This document shows, one piece after another, positions 40,955-51,566 of a stretch of 64,000 nucleotides of DNA. Both the position numbers and the translations under genes were made by a program. Location of the stretch: positions 72,372 through 136,371 of the forward strand of contig CAVPNC010000020.1 in assembly GCA_963706695.1 (NCBI GenBank). Direction: 5' to 3'. The stretch comes from an uncultured Chloroflexia bacterium. Its GTDB lineage: Bacteria > Chloroflexota > Limnocylindria > Limnocylindrales > CSP1-4. Within the stretch, counting starts at the first letter, position 1. Each line of letters starts with the position of its first letter. The notes beneath the pieces are model-generated. The model searched no databases, was not told where the DNA came from, and saw only the letters and a list, made by a program, of their open reading frames with translations.

Positions 40955-41642
40955 ATGAGCACGACAGGTGGCCCTAGACTCGAGATGAGCGAGACAAGGA
41001 CCTGGCCGCCATCGAGTACGAAGGCTGGCGGCTCATCGAGCTCGGTCGCCAAACGCCCGACCGCGTCGTGCCGCAGTACCCCACCTGGACGATGCGCGAC
41101 CTCGTGATCCACACCGCAGAAGTCCACGGCCGCACCGCTGCCGTCTGCGAGTCCTTGCCGGCGGAGCGCATCGCGGGTCCGGAGCTGCCGCAGGAGGCCG
41201 ACCCCTTCGAGTGGGCTGCGGAGCAGCTGGCACGCATGCTCGAGGGCCTGGCCACGGCCGACCCGGACGCGCACGTGTGGACGTTCGTGGACGATCCCGC
41301 GCTCCGGTTCTGGATCCGTCGCATGGTCGTCGAGACCGGTGTCCATCGCTGGGATGCCCACAGCGCCGTGGGCGAGCCGGTGGAGCTGCTGACCATCGTC
41401 TCCGCCCATGGCCTCGACGAGTTCGCGGCCCTCTACCTGCCTCGCCTCGATGGCGTGCAGACCATCGAGCTCAGCGCCACGGACCTTGGGCGTAGCTGGC
41501 GCTATGGGCCCGGCGAACCCACGGCGCGCATCGAGGGCGAGGCCTCCGACCTGTTCCTGCGGCTGATGTCGCGACCCGGCGTCGAGCTACCGCCGACTGG
41601 GCGGCGGCGGTCGATGCGCTGGGCTCGCCCGCGGATCGATAG
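40955..41642 (+). pseudogene. Mycothiol-dependent maleylpyruvate-isomerase-family / DinB-like protein (TIGR03083-like), frame breaks near 40995 and 41590
   Basis: The core, WTMRDLVIHTAEVHG...ETGVHRWDAH, is in frame 1. The natural C-terminus DWAAAVDALGSPADR* (TAG 41640-41642) and the N-terminal ATG are in other frames. Confidence 0.6.
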
Positions 41643-41652
41643 GAGACGTTCG

Positions 41653-43073
41653 GTGACGCCGCGCGGGCCGCAGCTGCTGACCTACCCCAATTCGCTCGGC
41701 GGAAGCATCGCTCACATCACCCACCTGCTGCGTGGGCCCCTGGCCGGCCACTTCGCGGGCGTGCACATCCTGCCGCCCTTCCCCTCGTCGGGCGACCGCG
41801 GCTTCGCGCCCATCGACTACCGGCAGATCGACCGCCGTTTCGGCAGCTGGGATGACATCGCCGACCTCGGACGCGACCACGAGGTCTTGCTCGACCTCAT
41901 GGTCAACCACATCTCGCGGCGCTCGACGGAGTTCACCGACTTCCTGCGGCGTGGCCGCGCGTCGCGGTACGCCGACCTCTTCATCACCATCGACAAGATC
42001 TGGCCCAACGGCGATCCGCCGCCAGAGGACATCGCCCGCATCTTCCTGCGCAAGCCCGATGACCCGTTCACGCACTTCACCATCGAGGAGACGGGCGAGA
42101 CCGAGACCCTCTGGACCACGTTCGGCTTCGGTGGGCGGGTCGAGCAGATCGACCTCGACCTCACCGCCGAAGCCACGCGCGAGCTCATCCGCGGCTGGTT
42201 CGAGTGGTTCGCCGGGCATGGGGTCTCGATCGTCCGGCTCGACGCCGTCGGCTACGTGGTCAAGCAGCCCGGCACCAGCTGCTTCATGGTCGAGCCGCAG
42301 GTCTACGAGATCCTCGACTGGCTCATCACGACCGCAGCCGAGTACGACCTCGCGGTGCTGCCCGAGATCCACGACGTCCCCGCGACCCATCGCGAGCTCA
42401 GCCGCCGGGGCTACTGGACGTATGACTTCGTCCTGCCCGGCCTGCTGCTGCACGCCTTCCACGACGCGTGACGCGACGCGCCTGGCGCAGCACCTCGCCG
42501 AGGCACCGGAGCGCCAGTTCACGCTGCTCGACTGCCACGACGGGATCCCCGTGCGGCCGGACCTCGACGGGATCCTGACCCCGGCCCAGATGTCAGCGCT
42601 GGCCGAGGGCATCGAGGCCGGTGGCGGCAACATCAACCGCATCCTCGGCGATGCCGGCGACGGACCTGATATCCACCAGCTCAACTGCACCTACTACTCC
42701 GCGCTCGGCGCCCACGACGAGCGGTACCTGGCGGCGCGTGCGATCCAGCTCTTCGCCCGTGGTGTGCCCCAGCTCTACTACGTGGGCCTGCTGGCCGGCG
42801 AGAACGACCTTGAGGCCGTGGCGCGCACGGGCGAGGGGCGCTCGATCAACCGGCACGACTTCACCGAGGCAGAGATCGCTGCGGCCCTGGATCGGCCCGT
42901 GGTCAGGCGCCTGCTCGAGCTCGTACGACTGCGCAGGGAGCATCCCGCCTTCGAGGGCGAGCTGGTGGTGGAGGGCGCCGGCTCATCCCTCCGCATGACC
43001 TGGACGACGAGCGAGCGGCGAGCGGCACTGCAGGCCGACCTCGAGTTCAGGGGCGTTCTCGGTCGAGTCCTAG
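41653..43073 (+). pseudogene. GH13 sucrose-phosphorylase-family enzyme (sucrose / glucosylglycerate phosphorylase-like), frame breaks near 42465 and possibly 43040
   Basis: GTG 41653 follows AGGAGA. Motifs: GVHILPPFPSSGDRGFAPIDY, DLMVNHIS and IVRLDAVGY. It continues in ORF 41732..43147 from DATRLAQHL. Confidence 0.75.
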
Positions 43074-43074
43074 C

Positions 43075-43873
43075 TCAGGCCCGGATGCGATCGAGACCGC
43101 GCGTGGAGATGAGCCTGGCGTCGTGGGTGATGCCGGCGGCGGAGTAGCCCGGGAGCGCATCGACCCAGCGCAGTCCCTCCATGCCCATGACGAAGGCCGC
43201 CGTGGCGTAGGCATCGGCACGGGCAAGGTCGGGGCCGGCCACGGTGACGGTCAGGAGCTCGTCGGCAGCGTGGCCAGCCCGCGGATCGATGATGTGGAGC
43301 CCGCGCTCGGTCGTCCCGGACGTGGCCACGGCGAGGTCGCGGCCCTGCAGGACCAGGGCGACGGCATCAGCTGCGAAGGGATGGGCGATGCCCACCCTCC
43401 AGGGCAGGCCCGGCTCCTGCCCGCCACGCACGAGCACGTCGCCGCCGGCGCTGATGAAGAAGCGCTCGTGGCCCGCGGCCGCGAGGATGGCACCGGCACG
43501 GTCGACGGACCAGCCCTTCACCACCCCAGTCGGATCAGGAAGACCATCCTCGCGATGGCCGCGGATATCGAAGGCGCCACCGCTCAAGGCCTCGACCGCA
43601 TCCGCGATCTCGAGCACCTCGGCCAGGTCCGCCGAGACCTGCGACAGAGCGATCTCGCCGCGCATGACGCGACTGACCTCGCTGTCCGGCCTTGTAGGGG
43701 CTGAAGCGCTCGTCGACCTCGTGGAACCACTCGAAGGCGGCATCGGCGGCGGGCGACGACGCGCCACCATCGGGCAGGTACAGGCTGATCATCGTGCCCA
43801 TCGCCCGTTCGACACGCCGTCGCTCCGTATCGCGCGTGGCCAGGCGACGCCCGGGCACGCGCTCGGCGACCAT
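43075..43873 (-). pseudogene. apbE: FAD:protein FMN transferase (ApbE family), one frame break near 43695
   Basis: The N-terminal part in ORF 43535..43873 (AMGTMISLYL...FEWFHEVDERFSPYK) continues in ORF 43075..43770 (SEVSRVMRGE...GWSVDRA...TSGTTERG). An ATGA overlap joins it to the upstream gene at 43873. Confidence 0.8.
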
Positions 43874-44415
43874 CAGAAGCCGACCTGGTCGAGCGCGGAC
43901 TGCAGCGACATGGCGTAGGCGCGGCTGGTGTAGGTCGCGCCCGAGACGACCGAGACGTCGGCGGTGTCGTAGGTGATGGCCTCTTCGCGCAGGACCGGTT
44001 CCGCACCCGCGCTGATGCGCTGAGACCTGCGGTCGTCCATGGGCATGGCCAGGGTCACGACCTCGATGATGTCGTCCGCCTGGACGGTCACCGCCACCTG
44101 CACGTCGCCCCAGCGGATGCTGACGGCGTCACCGGTGGCTGTGCGGACCTCTGCCATGGCCGGCGCATCGGTGACGATCTCGGCCACCGGCGCCAGGGAC
44201 TCGACGACCGCCCCGGCGCCGCTGCTCTCGGTCTCCGTGGCCGCGATGAGCGCATCGGTGGTCGAGCCCTCGGCGACCTGTGCGGTGACCGTCTCGCCCG
44301 GCGCAAGGGGCCCTCCCCGGAAGGAGAGCAGCAGGGCCAGGGCACCGAGGGTGCCGACGGTGGCGATGGTGCCGCGGACGGGCAGTCGGGAGGGTTCTCG
44401 TGGTTCTGCGTTCAT
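43873..44415 (-). CDS. Membrane-anchored extracytoplasmic FMN-binding domain protein (flavinylation substrate)
   Basis: ATG 44415; one N-terminal TM helix. The C-terminal FMN_bind motif DVSVVSGATYTS has SGAT encoded at 43933-43944. Confidence 0.8.
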   Translation of the reverse strand: MNAEPREPSRLPVRGTIATVGTLGALALLLSFRGGPLAPGETVTAQVAEGSTTDALIAATETESSGAGAVVESLAPVAEIVTDAPAMAEVRTATGDAVSIRWGDVQVAVTVQADDIIEVVTLAMPMDDRRSQRISAGAEPVLREEAITYDTADVSVVSGATYTSRAYAMSLQSALDQVGF

Positions 44416-44416
44416 G

Positions 44417-45804
44417 TCAATACCCGAAGCGTTCAGCGTGGACGGAGGCATCAGGGACTCGCAGCGTCTTGAGGCTGTCGAGGACCCGGTTGGTGAATGA
44501 CGGCGAGCCGCACACGAGCACATCGGCATCGGCGATGTGCGGCGCATGGCGGTAGAGCCACTCGGGTGCGAGCGGATCGACCGGCATCTGCGGCGTGCTG
44601 CGGTGGCCTTCGAGGAAGCGCAGCACGGCTCCGTGGCGCGCGGCGAGGGCCAGCAGCTCCTGGCGGAAGACGGTTTCCGAGGGATCGCCCTCGCGGTAGA
44701 GGAAGGTGATGTGATGGCGGCCTGCAGGCAGCGCCTCGAAGATCGCTCGCAGCGGCGTCACGCCCACACCGCCGGCCAGCATGACCACGTGCTCGCGCCT
44801 GACCACCCTGGGCGTGAACGCGCCGTACGGACCCTCGATGAAGACCGGCGTTCCGACCGGCATGCTCAGCATCCGATGGGAGTCGTCGCCCAGGGCCTTG
44901 ACGGTCATGCGCAGGTACTGGCCGTTCGGCGCGGCCGAGATGGAGAACGGGTGTGGCCGCCACCAGCCACCACCACGCAGGAAGCGGATGTGGAAGAACT
45001 GGCCCGCTGCGACCGGCAGCTGGTCGAGGTCGCGTCCGGTGAAGTAGAGCGAGACCACGCCGCGCGCCTCCGGCACGACCGCGGCCACGCGCAGTCGATG
45101 CCGGCTCGACACGCGGATCGGCGTCAGCACTCGATACCACAGGAGCAGGCCGAAGGTGACCACGTAGAGCCCGACCCAGAAGGCCACGGCCAGCGAGTCG
45201 CCGATGAAGTCCCCACCGATGGTCAGCTGGTGCAGGAAGGCGAGGGCGATGCCGATGTAGGCGTAGAGATGCAGGCCGTACCAGCTCTCGTACGACAGGC
45301 GGCGCCGGACCGCGCGGATGGAGGTGACGGCCACGGCGGTCAGCAGCACCGTGCCGACCGTGGCGATGAGGATGTCCCAGGTCTCGTTGAGCGCGAGGAA
45401 CTCCGCCACCACGCCGGCGCCGGAGCCCATGGCCCAGCCGGTCGTGGTCAGGGCCACGTGCGCAAGGATGAGCGTGATGGTGCCCGATGCCCAGCGAGTC
45501 GATGCCAGGCCATGAGCCGGTCGCTGCCGACCACGTGGTCGATCCAGGGGACCCGGGCCATCAACACGATCTGCGCGAGGGCCAGGTAGGTCCCGATCAG
45601 GGCCGTGATCTGGCCCAGGCCCGTCGCCATCGCGGCCGGCGTGCCCAGTCGATCGAGTCCACCATGGACCACCCACATCCCGGCCACGACCAGGCCGACC
45701 GCCAACAGGACGGCCGCGATGTCGGCGGGGCGGAGCGGCCAGACACGGGGCGTGCGCACCGGCCGGGCCACGGGAGGGAGCCCGGCCTGTGTCAGCGTGG
45801 CCAT
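44417..45804 (-). pseudogene. Ferric-reductase-like transmembrane protein with C-terminal FAD/NAD(P)-binding domains, one frame break near 45490
   Basis: The N-terminal TM part in ORF 45448..45858 continues in the 3' part of ORF 44417..46867. Motifs: RPHPFSIS (FAD) and MLAGGVGVTP (NAD). The stop lies 1 nt before the next start. Confidence 0.8.
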
Positions 45805-45899
45805 CGATGGTGGACGTCGTCGTTTCGCATCGGAGCCATCGTCGCGCCCGGATATCAAGGCCCCGGCGCCACCATGTCAGGGCGGTGTAAGGGAATGGC

Positions 45900-47406
45900 T
45901 CAGGTCCCGGCAGCGAACCAGGGACGCAGTCGCTCGTAGGCGTCCATGAAGCGCTCGTAGCCGGCTGACGCCTGCGCATGCCGGGCATCATCGGGCTCGA
46001 AGACGGCGTCGATCTCAGAGAGCGACCGTGCCGCGTCCCAGCCTTCGATGAGCCCGACCGCCATGCCGCCGACCACGGCCGCGCCCAGTGAGTTGGCTTC
46101 GTCGACGATGGTGCGGCGGCGAACGGGCACGCCCCAGGTGTCGGCCATGATCTGCAGCCAGGCGTCGCTTCGAGCCCCTCCCCCGACCGCGTCCACGGCC
46201 TCGATCGTGCGCACCGACGCGTCGAGCGCGCGGTAGACGCCGTAGAGGTTGAAGGCGACGCCCTCGAGCACGGCACGCGCCAGGTTGGCCGGCCCGTGAT
46301 GCCTCGAGAGGCCCACGAACGTCCCCCGCGCATGGACGTCCCAGATGGGGGCGCGCTCGCCCACGAGGTAGGGCAGGAAGAAGAGCCCCTCTGACGCCGC
46401 CTCGGCCTCCTCCGCACTGGCCACGAGATCGGCGATGCCGGCATCCCCCACGCCCAGCGTCTGGGCCAGCCACTCGAGCGAGGTCCCGGCCGCCTGCATC
46501 GGTCCCAGCGGCAGGTAGTGACCGGGGATGACGTGGTCGAAGGTGACCGTGCGCATCTGCGGGTCGCGAGCCGGCGTGTCGGTGGCCATCGAGATCCAGG
46601 CCGAGGAGCCGATGGTGGCGCAGGCCACGGGGTCGCTCGCGACGAGGCCCACGCCCAGGGCCGAGGTCGCCCCGTCGCCGCCACCGACCACCACCGGCGT
46701 GCCCTCGCGCAGGCCGGACGCCTCCGACGTCTCGGCGCGGACGGTGCCGGCGACCGTGGCCGAGGGCACGATCTCGGGGAAGAGCGCGGCATCCATGTCC
46801 GCTGCGGCCAGCAGCTCCGGCGCCCAGCGCCCGGCCGCCTGCTCGAAGGCGTTGGTGCCGGAGGCATCGGAGGGATCGATGCAGCGTCGGCCGGTCAGGC
46901 GCAGGGTGACGTAGTCCTTGGCCAGCACGAAGCCGGTCGTGCGGGCCCAGGCGGCCGGGTCGTGCTCGCGCAGCCACATCAGCTTGGGCAGGGAGTAGGT
47001 GGGGTCCAGCCGATGACCCAGCAGCTCGAAGCCTCGCTCGAAGCCGATGACCTGCGACAGCCGTCGCGCCTGGGCCTGGGCGCGGGTGTCGGCCCAGATG
47101 ACCGCTGGGCGCACGGGCCGGTCGTGCTGCGTCGAGCAGGACGGCGCCCATCATCTGGCCGGAGAGCACCACGCAGGCGATGTCGGCAGGATCGGCGCCA
47201 CTCGCCGCGAGCAACGCCCGGTTCGTGGCGCAGAAGGCCTCCCACCAATCGGCCGGGTCCTGCTCGGCCTTGCCGCCGGCGCCGTAGTCGGTGGGGTAGT
47301 GGACGGTGTGGGAGGCCAACAGGCGCCCGTGGGCGTCATGCAGCGAGGCCTTGTCGCCACTGGTGCCCAGGTCGTGGGCGAGGATGAAGCTGCCCCATGC
47401 CGCCAC
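45900..47406 (-). pseudogene. FGGY-family carbohydrate kinase (third in the window), one frame break near 47125
   Basis: GTG 47406 (AAWGSFILAHDLGTSGDKA) in ORF 46015..47613 continues in ORF 45900..47114 from RPAVIWADTRA. Confidence 0.8.
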
Positions 47407-47457
47407 TGTAGCCCGGAGAGCGGTGACACCACCGAGTCGCTTTGCGATACTCCGCGG

Positions 47458-48328
47458 GTGTCCGCCAAGACAGGCCCATCCGCAGCGCCCATCGCCCGCG
47501 GCAACACGTCCGACATCTGGGCCTGGTCGAACCATTCCGTGATCAAGGTCCTCCGCCCGGGTATTCCCAGGCATTGGGCGGAGATGGAGGCCGATACCCT
47601 CGCTCGCGTGCACGCGGCCGGACTACCCGTGCCCGACACCGAGGGTGTCGTGGACTTCGATGGCCGGCCCGGCATCGTCATGGAGCGCATCGAGGGCGTG
47701 GCCATGTGGGAGCGCATCAAGCGTGAGCCGGCGAGCGTCACGCAGCCTCATCGAGCAGCTGGTGGACCTCCAGATCGAGGTCCAGCGAACCGTGGTCCCG
47801 GGACTCGTCTCGATGACCCAGCGACTGAGCACGAAGATCGCCGACGCGACACGGCTGAGCGCGGATGAACGTGCTGTGGCACAGGGGCTGCTGGAGCTCT
47901 TGCCCAGCGGCGATGCCCTCTGCCATGGCGATTTCCATCCCGCCAACATCATCCTGACCGAGCGAAGCCCGGTGATCCTCGACTGGTTCGACGCTGCCGT
48001 GGGCGATGTCACCGCGGACTTCGTGCGCAGCTCACTCCTGATGCGGCCGCCGTTCGATCGGAGCTCCTGGCTCGCCGGCTCGACGCCCGAGCTGCTTGAC
48101 CTGATCCACAGCTGCTACATCACCGAGCTCGATCGTCGCGGCTCGCTCGATGCGCAGGCCTTCGGCTCGTGGGAGGTCGTGACGGCCGTGGCACGGATGT
48201 CCGAACCGGTCCCCGACATGGACCTGCTCGCGGTGTGGGAGCGCTGGAAGCGGCAGGGGCCGACTGGCGTGCGGACGTTGATCCAGCATTGCCACGAACG
48301 CGTCGCGGCCGGCGACCGCACGAACTAG
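47458..48328 (+). pseudogene. Aminoglycoside/choline-kinase-type phosphotransferase (APH family), one frame break near 47740
   Basis: The tail of ORF 47047..47868 (GNTSDIWAW...VMERIEG) continues in ORF 47645..48328. The catalytic motif is CHGDFHPANIIL, followed by ILDWFDA. Confidence 0.7.
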
Positions 48329-49084
48329 GACGACCAGGCGCACGAGCTCGTCGTGGATGCCGGACCCTGACACCACCATCAGCTGACCGTTCTCCGGCTG
48401 GGGACGCGCCGATCCGGGCACCTGCCTCCGCGGCGACGATCTCGCCTGCTGCGAAGTCCCAGTACTGCATGTTGCGCTGATAGAAGCCATCGAGGCGCCC
48501 GCACGCGACCCAGCAGAGGTTGAGCGCAGCCGACCGAAGCAGCGGATGTCACGACCAGCGGGGAGCACCCGCGCCAGATACTCGGCCTCCACGGCGCGCC
48601 CCTCGGCCGTGTACGAGAAGCCTGTCCCGATGAGCGAGTCGGCCAGCTTGGTCACCGCGGATGGCGCGATGGCAGAGCCGTCGTGTCGAGCCCCATGGCC
48701 TCGGGCGGCACTGAAGACATCACCGCGCTGGATATCGACCACGGCGCCGGCCACGACCTCATCGTCCCACGTCGCCGCGATCGAGACGCTCATGACTGGC
48801 AGGCCGTAGGTCAGATTGACCGTCCCGTCGATGGGGTCGACGATCCAGCCGATACCCGAGGAGCCGTCGATCTCGCCACCCTCCTCGCCGAGCATGGATG
48901 AACCCGGTGCCCGACGGGCCAGGACTGCTCGGATCTCCCGCTCGGCGGCGACATCCAGAGATGTGACGGGGTCGGTCGGCGTGGACTTGGCCGTCACCGT
49001 GCCCAGGTCGCCGGCCGCGGCACGGACGAGCTGAGCGCCCTCGGAGGCAGCCTCGACGGCGATCGCCTCCAGCTCGCTGAACAT
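48325..49084 (-). pseudogene. Inositol monophosphatase family protein, about three frame breaks
   Basis: ATG 49084 (MFSELEAIAVEAASEGAQLV). Motifs: LGEEGG, WIVDPIDGTVNL and, in the other frame, SAALNLCWVACGRLDGFY..MQYWDFAAG. The stop is inferred at the CTAG shared with the convergent APH gene. Confidence 0.7.
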
Positions 49085-49095
49085 GAGCAGGGCCG

Positions 49096-49913
49096 TCAGG
49101 CCCGGACAGACTCGAGGGCCTTGCTCCTCGATCCGCGCCGCGGTCATGTCATCCATGCCGCTGTCGCTGTAGATGATGTCGATCTCGTCGATCTCGGCGA
49201 AGCGGAAGAGTTGGTCGTTCGCGACCTTCGAGTGATCGAACATCATCACCACGCGGCGCGCGCTCGCCATCATCGCGCGCTTGATGGCGACCTCGGCGCG
49301 GAACGGCGTCGTGTAGCCGTTCTCGGGGGACATGCCGTCGCAGCCGAAGAACAGGACGTCGACGCGGATCTCGCTCAGCATCTCGACGCCAGCCTCGTCG
49401 ACGAACGCCATGGTCCGACGCTCGAGCTTGCCGCCGAGCCCGATGACCTTCGGGCGTTCCGTGGTCGCGAGCGACCGCATGATGGGAATGGAGTTGGTCA
49501 CGACGACCAGGTCACGCTCACGATCGAGCAGGTCGGCGAGATGCAGCGCCGTACTGCCCGAAATCGATGATCAGCGTTCCGCGCTCGGGAACTTCCGCCA
49601 AGGCCGCACGTGCGATCCGTCGCTTCTCCTCGACCATGTAGCCTTCACGCACGGCCAGCTTCGGGACGAGCATGGAGCCGCGCCAGGGCACCGCGCCGCC
49701 GTGCACTCTCCGCACGAGCCGCTCGCGCTGCAGCTCGCTGAGATCGCGCCTGATGGTCTCGCCGGTGACCCCGAACTCATCGGCCAGGTTGCCGACATCG
49801 ACGCGTCCACGATCGTGGACGCGCTGCAGGATCTGGGCTCGCCGCTCAGCCTGGAACAGCGCCCCCGCCTCCCGCGGGCGGCCCTCGTTCGCCGGTTCGC
49901 GAGCCTCGCTCAT
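49096..49913 (-). pseudogene. DeoR-family transcriptional regulator, frame break at about 49553 (T-run) and an uncertain 3' end
   Basis: ATG 49913 overlaps the upstream stop (TCAT at 49910-49913). The HTH is VGNLADEFGVTGETIRRDL. Removing one T from gatttcg gives the canonical IIDSGSTALHLA...VVTNS. Confidence 0.75.
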
Positions 49914-51394
49914 GGGTCGTCTCTGCGCAGCCACCTCTCGAGGGTGCCATACGTGCCCACGTCGCGCAGTGATGTCAGGGCTTCACCGAAAGCCGCCACG
50001 AACCGTCGATCGCTGGCCAGCCGCTGACCAAAGACCTCGACGAAGCCCAGGAAGGCCGCTGGATCATCGACGGACGCGCGGGCGAACGCCTGGGCTTCGT
50101 CCAGCCTCGGATCGGTCGCCAGTGCGATCGCCGCGCCGGCGTCGTCGGTGCCCAGCAGGTATTGGCACCAAGCCGCCAGGGCCAGGGCCGACAGCTTGAC
50201 CTGGCCGCCCTGCTCCAGCTGCGACTCCACGGTCGGGACCACGAACTTGGGCCACTTCGACGACCCGTCCTGGCATACCCGGGCGACCTGGTCCTTCACC
50301 GCCGGATTGGCGAAGCGTTCCGCGACCACCCGCTTGTAGTCCGTCACGTCGATGCCCCGGACCGGCGGCAGCGACGGTGTGGCCTCCTCGTCGTGGAACT
50401 GCTGCAGGTACCGCGCCAGCAACGGGTCGGCCATGATCTCGTGGATGTAGGTGTGACCGACCAGCGCGGCCATGTAGGTCACCGTCGAGTGGCCGGCGTT
50501 GAGGATGCGCAGCTTGAGCGTCTCGTACGGCCGCACGTCATCGGTCATCAGCACCCCGACGTCCTCATAGGGCGGCCGGCCGGCGGCGAAGTCATCCTCG
50601 ATCACCCACTGGATGAACGGTTCGGCTACCACCGGCCAGCGATCGAACAGGCCGTACTCCTCCGCGAGGAAGTCGCGATCGGCGTCAGTGGTCTGGGGCG
50701 TGATGCGGTCGACCATGCTGTTGGGGAAGGTGACGTTGTCGGCGACCCACGTTTCGAGGCCCGGCTCGACCATGGCGCAGACGCCGAGCGTGGCCACCCT
50801 CGTGACGTCGCCGTTACCCATGACGTTGTCGCAGCTCTGCACGGTCAAGCCCCCGAGCCCCGCATCGCGCCGGGCCTGGAACCCACGCGCCAACGCCACG
50901 AAGGTGGGCGGGAGTGCGGCGGCCGCTGGCGGCGCGAACTCGCCGCTGGCCTCGTCGACGGGATAGCCACCCTCCGTGATGGTCATGGAGACGATGCGCG
51001 TCTCCGGCGTCCCGAGACGGGCCACCAGGGGCCCGAGATCACCGGCCGACAGCACGTAGTCGGTGATGGAGCCGATGACCCGAGCGTCCGTGCCGCGTTC
51101 GTCGCGGGTGACGAGGGTGTAGAGGTGATCCTGGGCGGCCAGGGACTCCGCCATGCGCGCGTCCGATGCGAGGACGCCCGCGCCGGTGATCGACCACTCG
51201 CTGACGCCGGCGCGACAGACATCATCGAGGTAGACAGCCTGGTGGGCGCGATGGAATCCGCCGACCCCGATATGGACGATGCCGCGGCCCAGCACGCTCC
51301 GTTCGTACGAGGGGATGGTGATCCGTGGGTCAAGCCGGCTGAGGCTCTGGGCCGAGAGCTCGATGCGGCGCCGGCGGCCGTCATCAGCGGTCAT
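49910..51394 (-). CDS. Long-chain mannitol dehydrogenase family protein (mannitol 2-dehydrogenase / D-mannonate oxidoreductase-like)
   Basis: Intact ORF with HIGVGGFHRAHQAVY and TITEGGY motifs. I chose the start at ATG 51394. Confidence 0.8.
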   Translation of the reverse strand: MTADDGRRRRIELSAQSLSRLDPRITIPSYERSVLGRGIVHIGVGGFHRAHQAVYLDDVCRAGVSEWSITGAGVLASDARMAESLAAQDHLYTLVTRDERGTDARVIGSITDYVLSAGDLGPLVARLGTPETRIVSMTITEGGYPVDEASGEFAPPAAAALPPTFVALARGFQARRDAGLGGLTVQSCDNVMGNGDVTRVATLGVCAMVEPGLETWVADNVTFPNSMVDRITPQTTDADRDFLAEEYGLFDRWPVVAEPFIQWVIEDDFAAGRPPYEDVGVLMTDDVRPYETLKLRILNAGHSTVTYMAALVGHTYIHEIMADPLLARYLQQFHDEEATPSLPPVRGIDVTDYKRVVAERFANPAVKDQVARVCQDGSSKWPKFVVPTVESQLEQGGQVKLSALALAAWCQYLLGTDDAGAAIALATDPRLDEAQAFARASVDDPAAFLGFVEVFGQRLASDRRFVAAFGEALTSLRDVGTYGTLERWLRRDDP

Positions 51395-51566
51395 GCCCCG
51401 TACCCTACTCCAACACAAACACAGATGAAAAGCCCCCAATCCATGTGGTTACTTCTTCTGCATGGCTTGATTTCACAGGAACATCCAACTAGGATGCAGG
51501 GCAGCGTGCACGCCACGCTCAAGGAGGTCGCGGGCGCAGAGCCCGTCGCAAGGAGGATCAGGCCTT

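Noticed and set aside
41068-42471. 467-aa ORF that looks like a DinB-phosphorylase fusion protein
   Set aside because: The second half has its own RBS and GTG at 41653. The first gene's natural C-terminus and stop (41640-41642) appear in a neighbouring frame. The ORF is a read-through artefact of an indel.
44417-46867. 816-aa minus-strand ORF spanning the ferric-reductase gene and the FGGY kinase region
   Set aside because: Only the last 350 or so codons are ferric-reductase sequence. The upstream part is an out-of-frame, Arg/Pro/Ala-rich reading of the kinase gene and the intergenic DNA.
48032-49501. 489-aa ORF suggesting a DeoR C-terminal domain fused to an inositol monophosphatase
   Set aside because: The IMPase part begins with its own Met (49084) at the position where family members start. 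A stop for the DeoR gene exists 11 nt upstream in a neighbouring frame. The 3' part of the ORF (48032-48320) is antisense to the APH gene.
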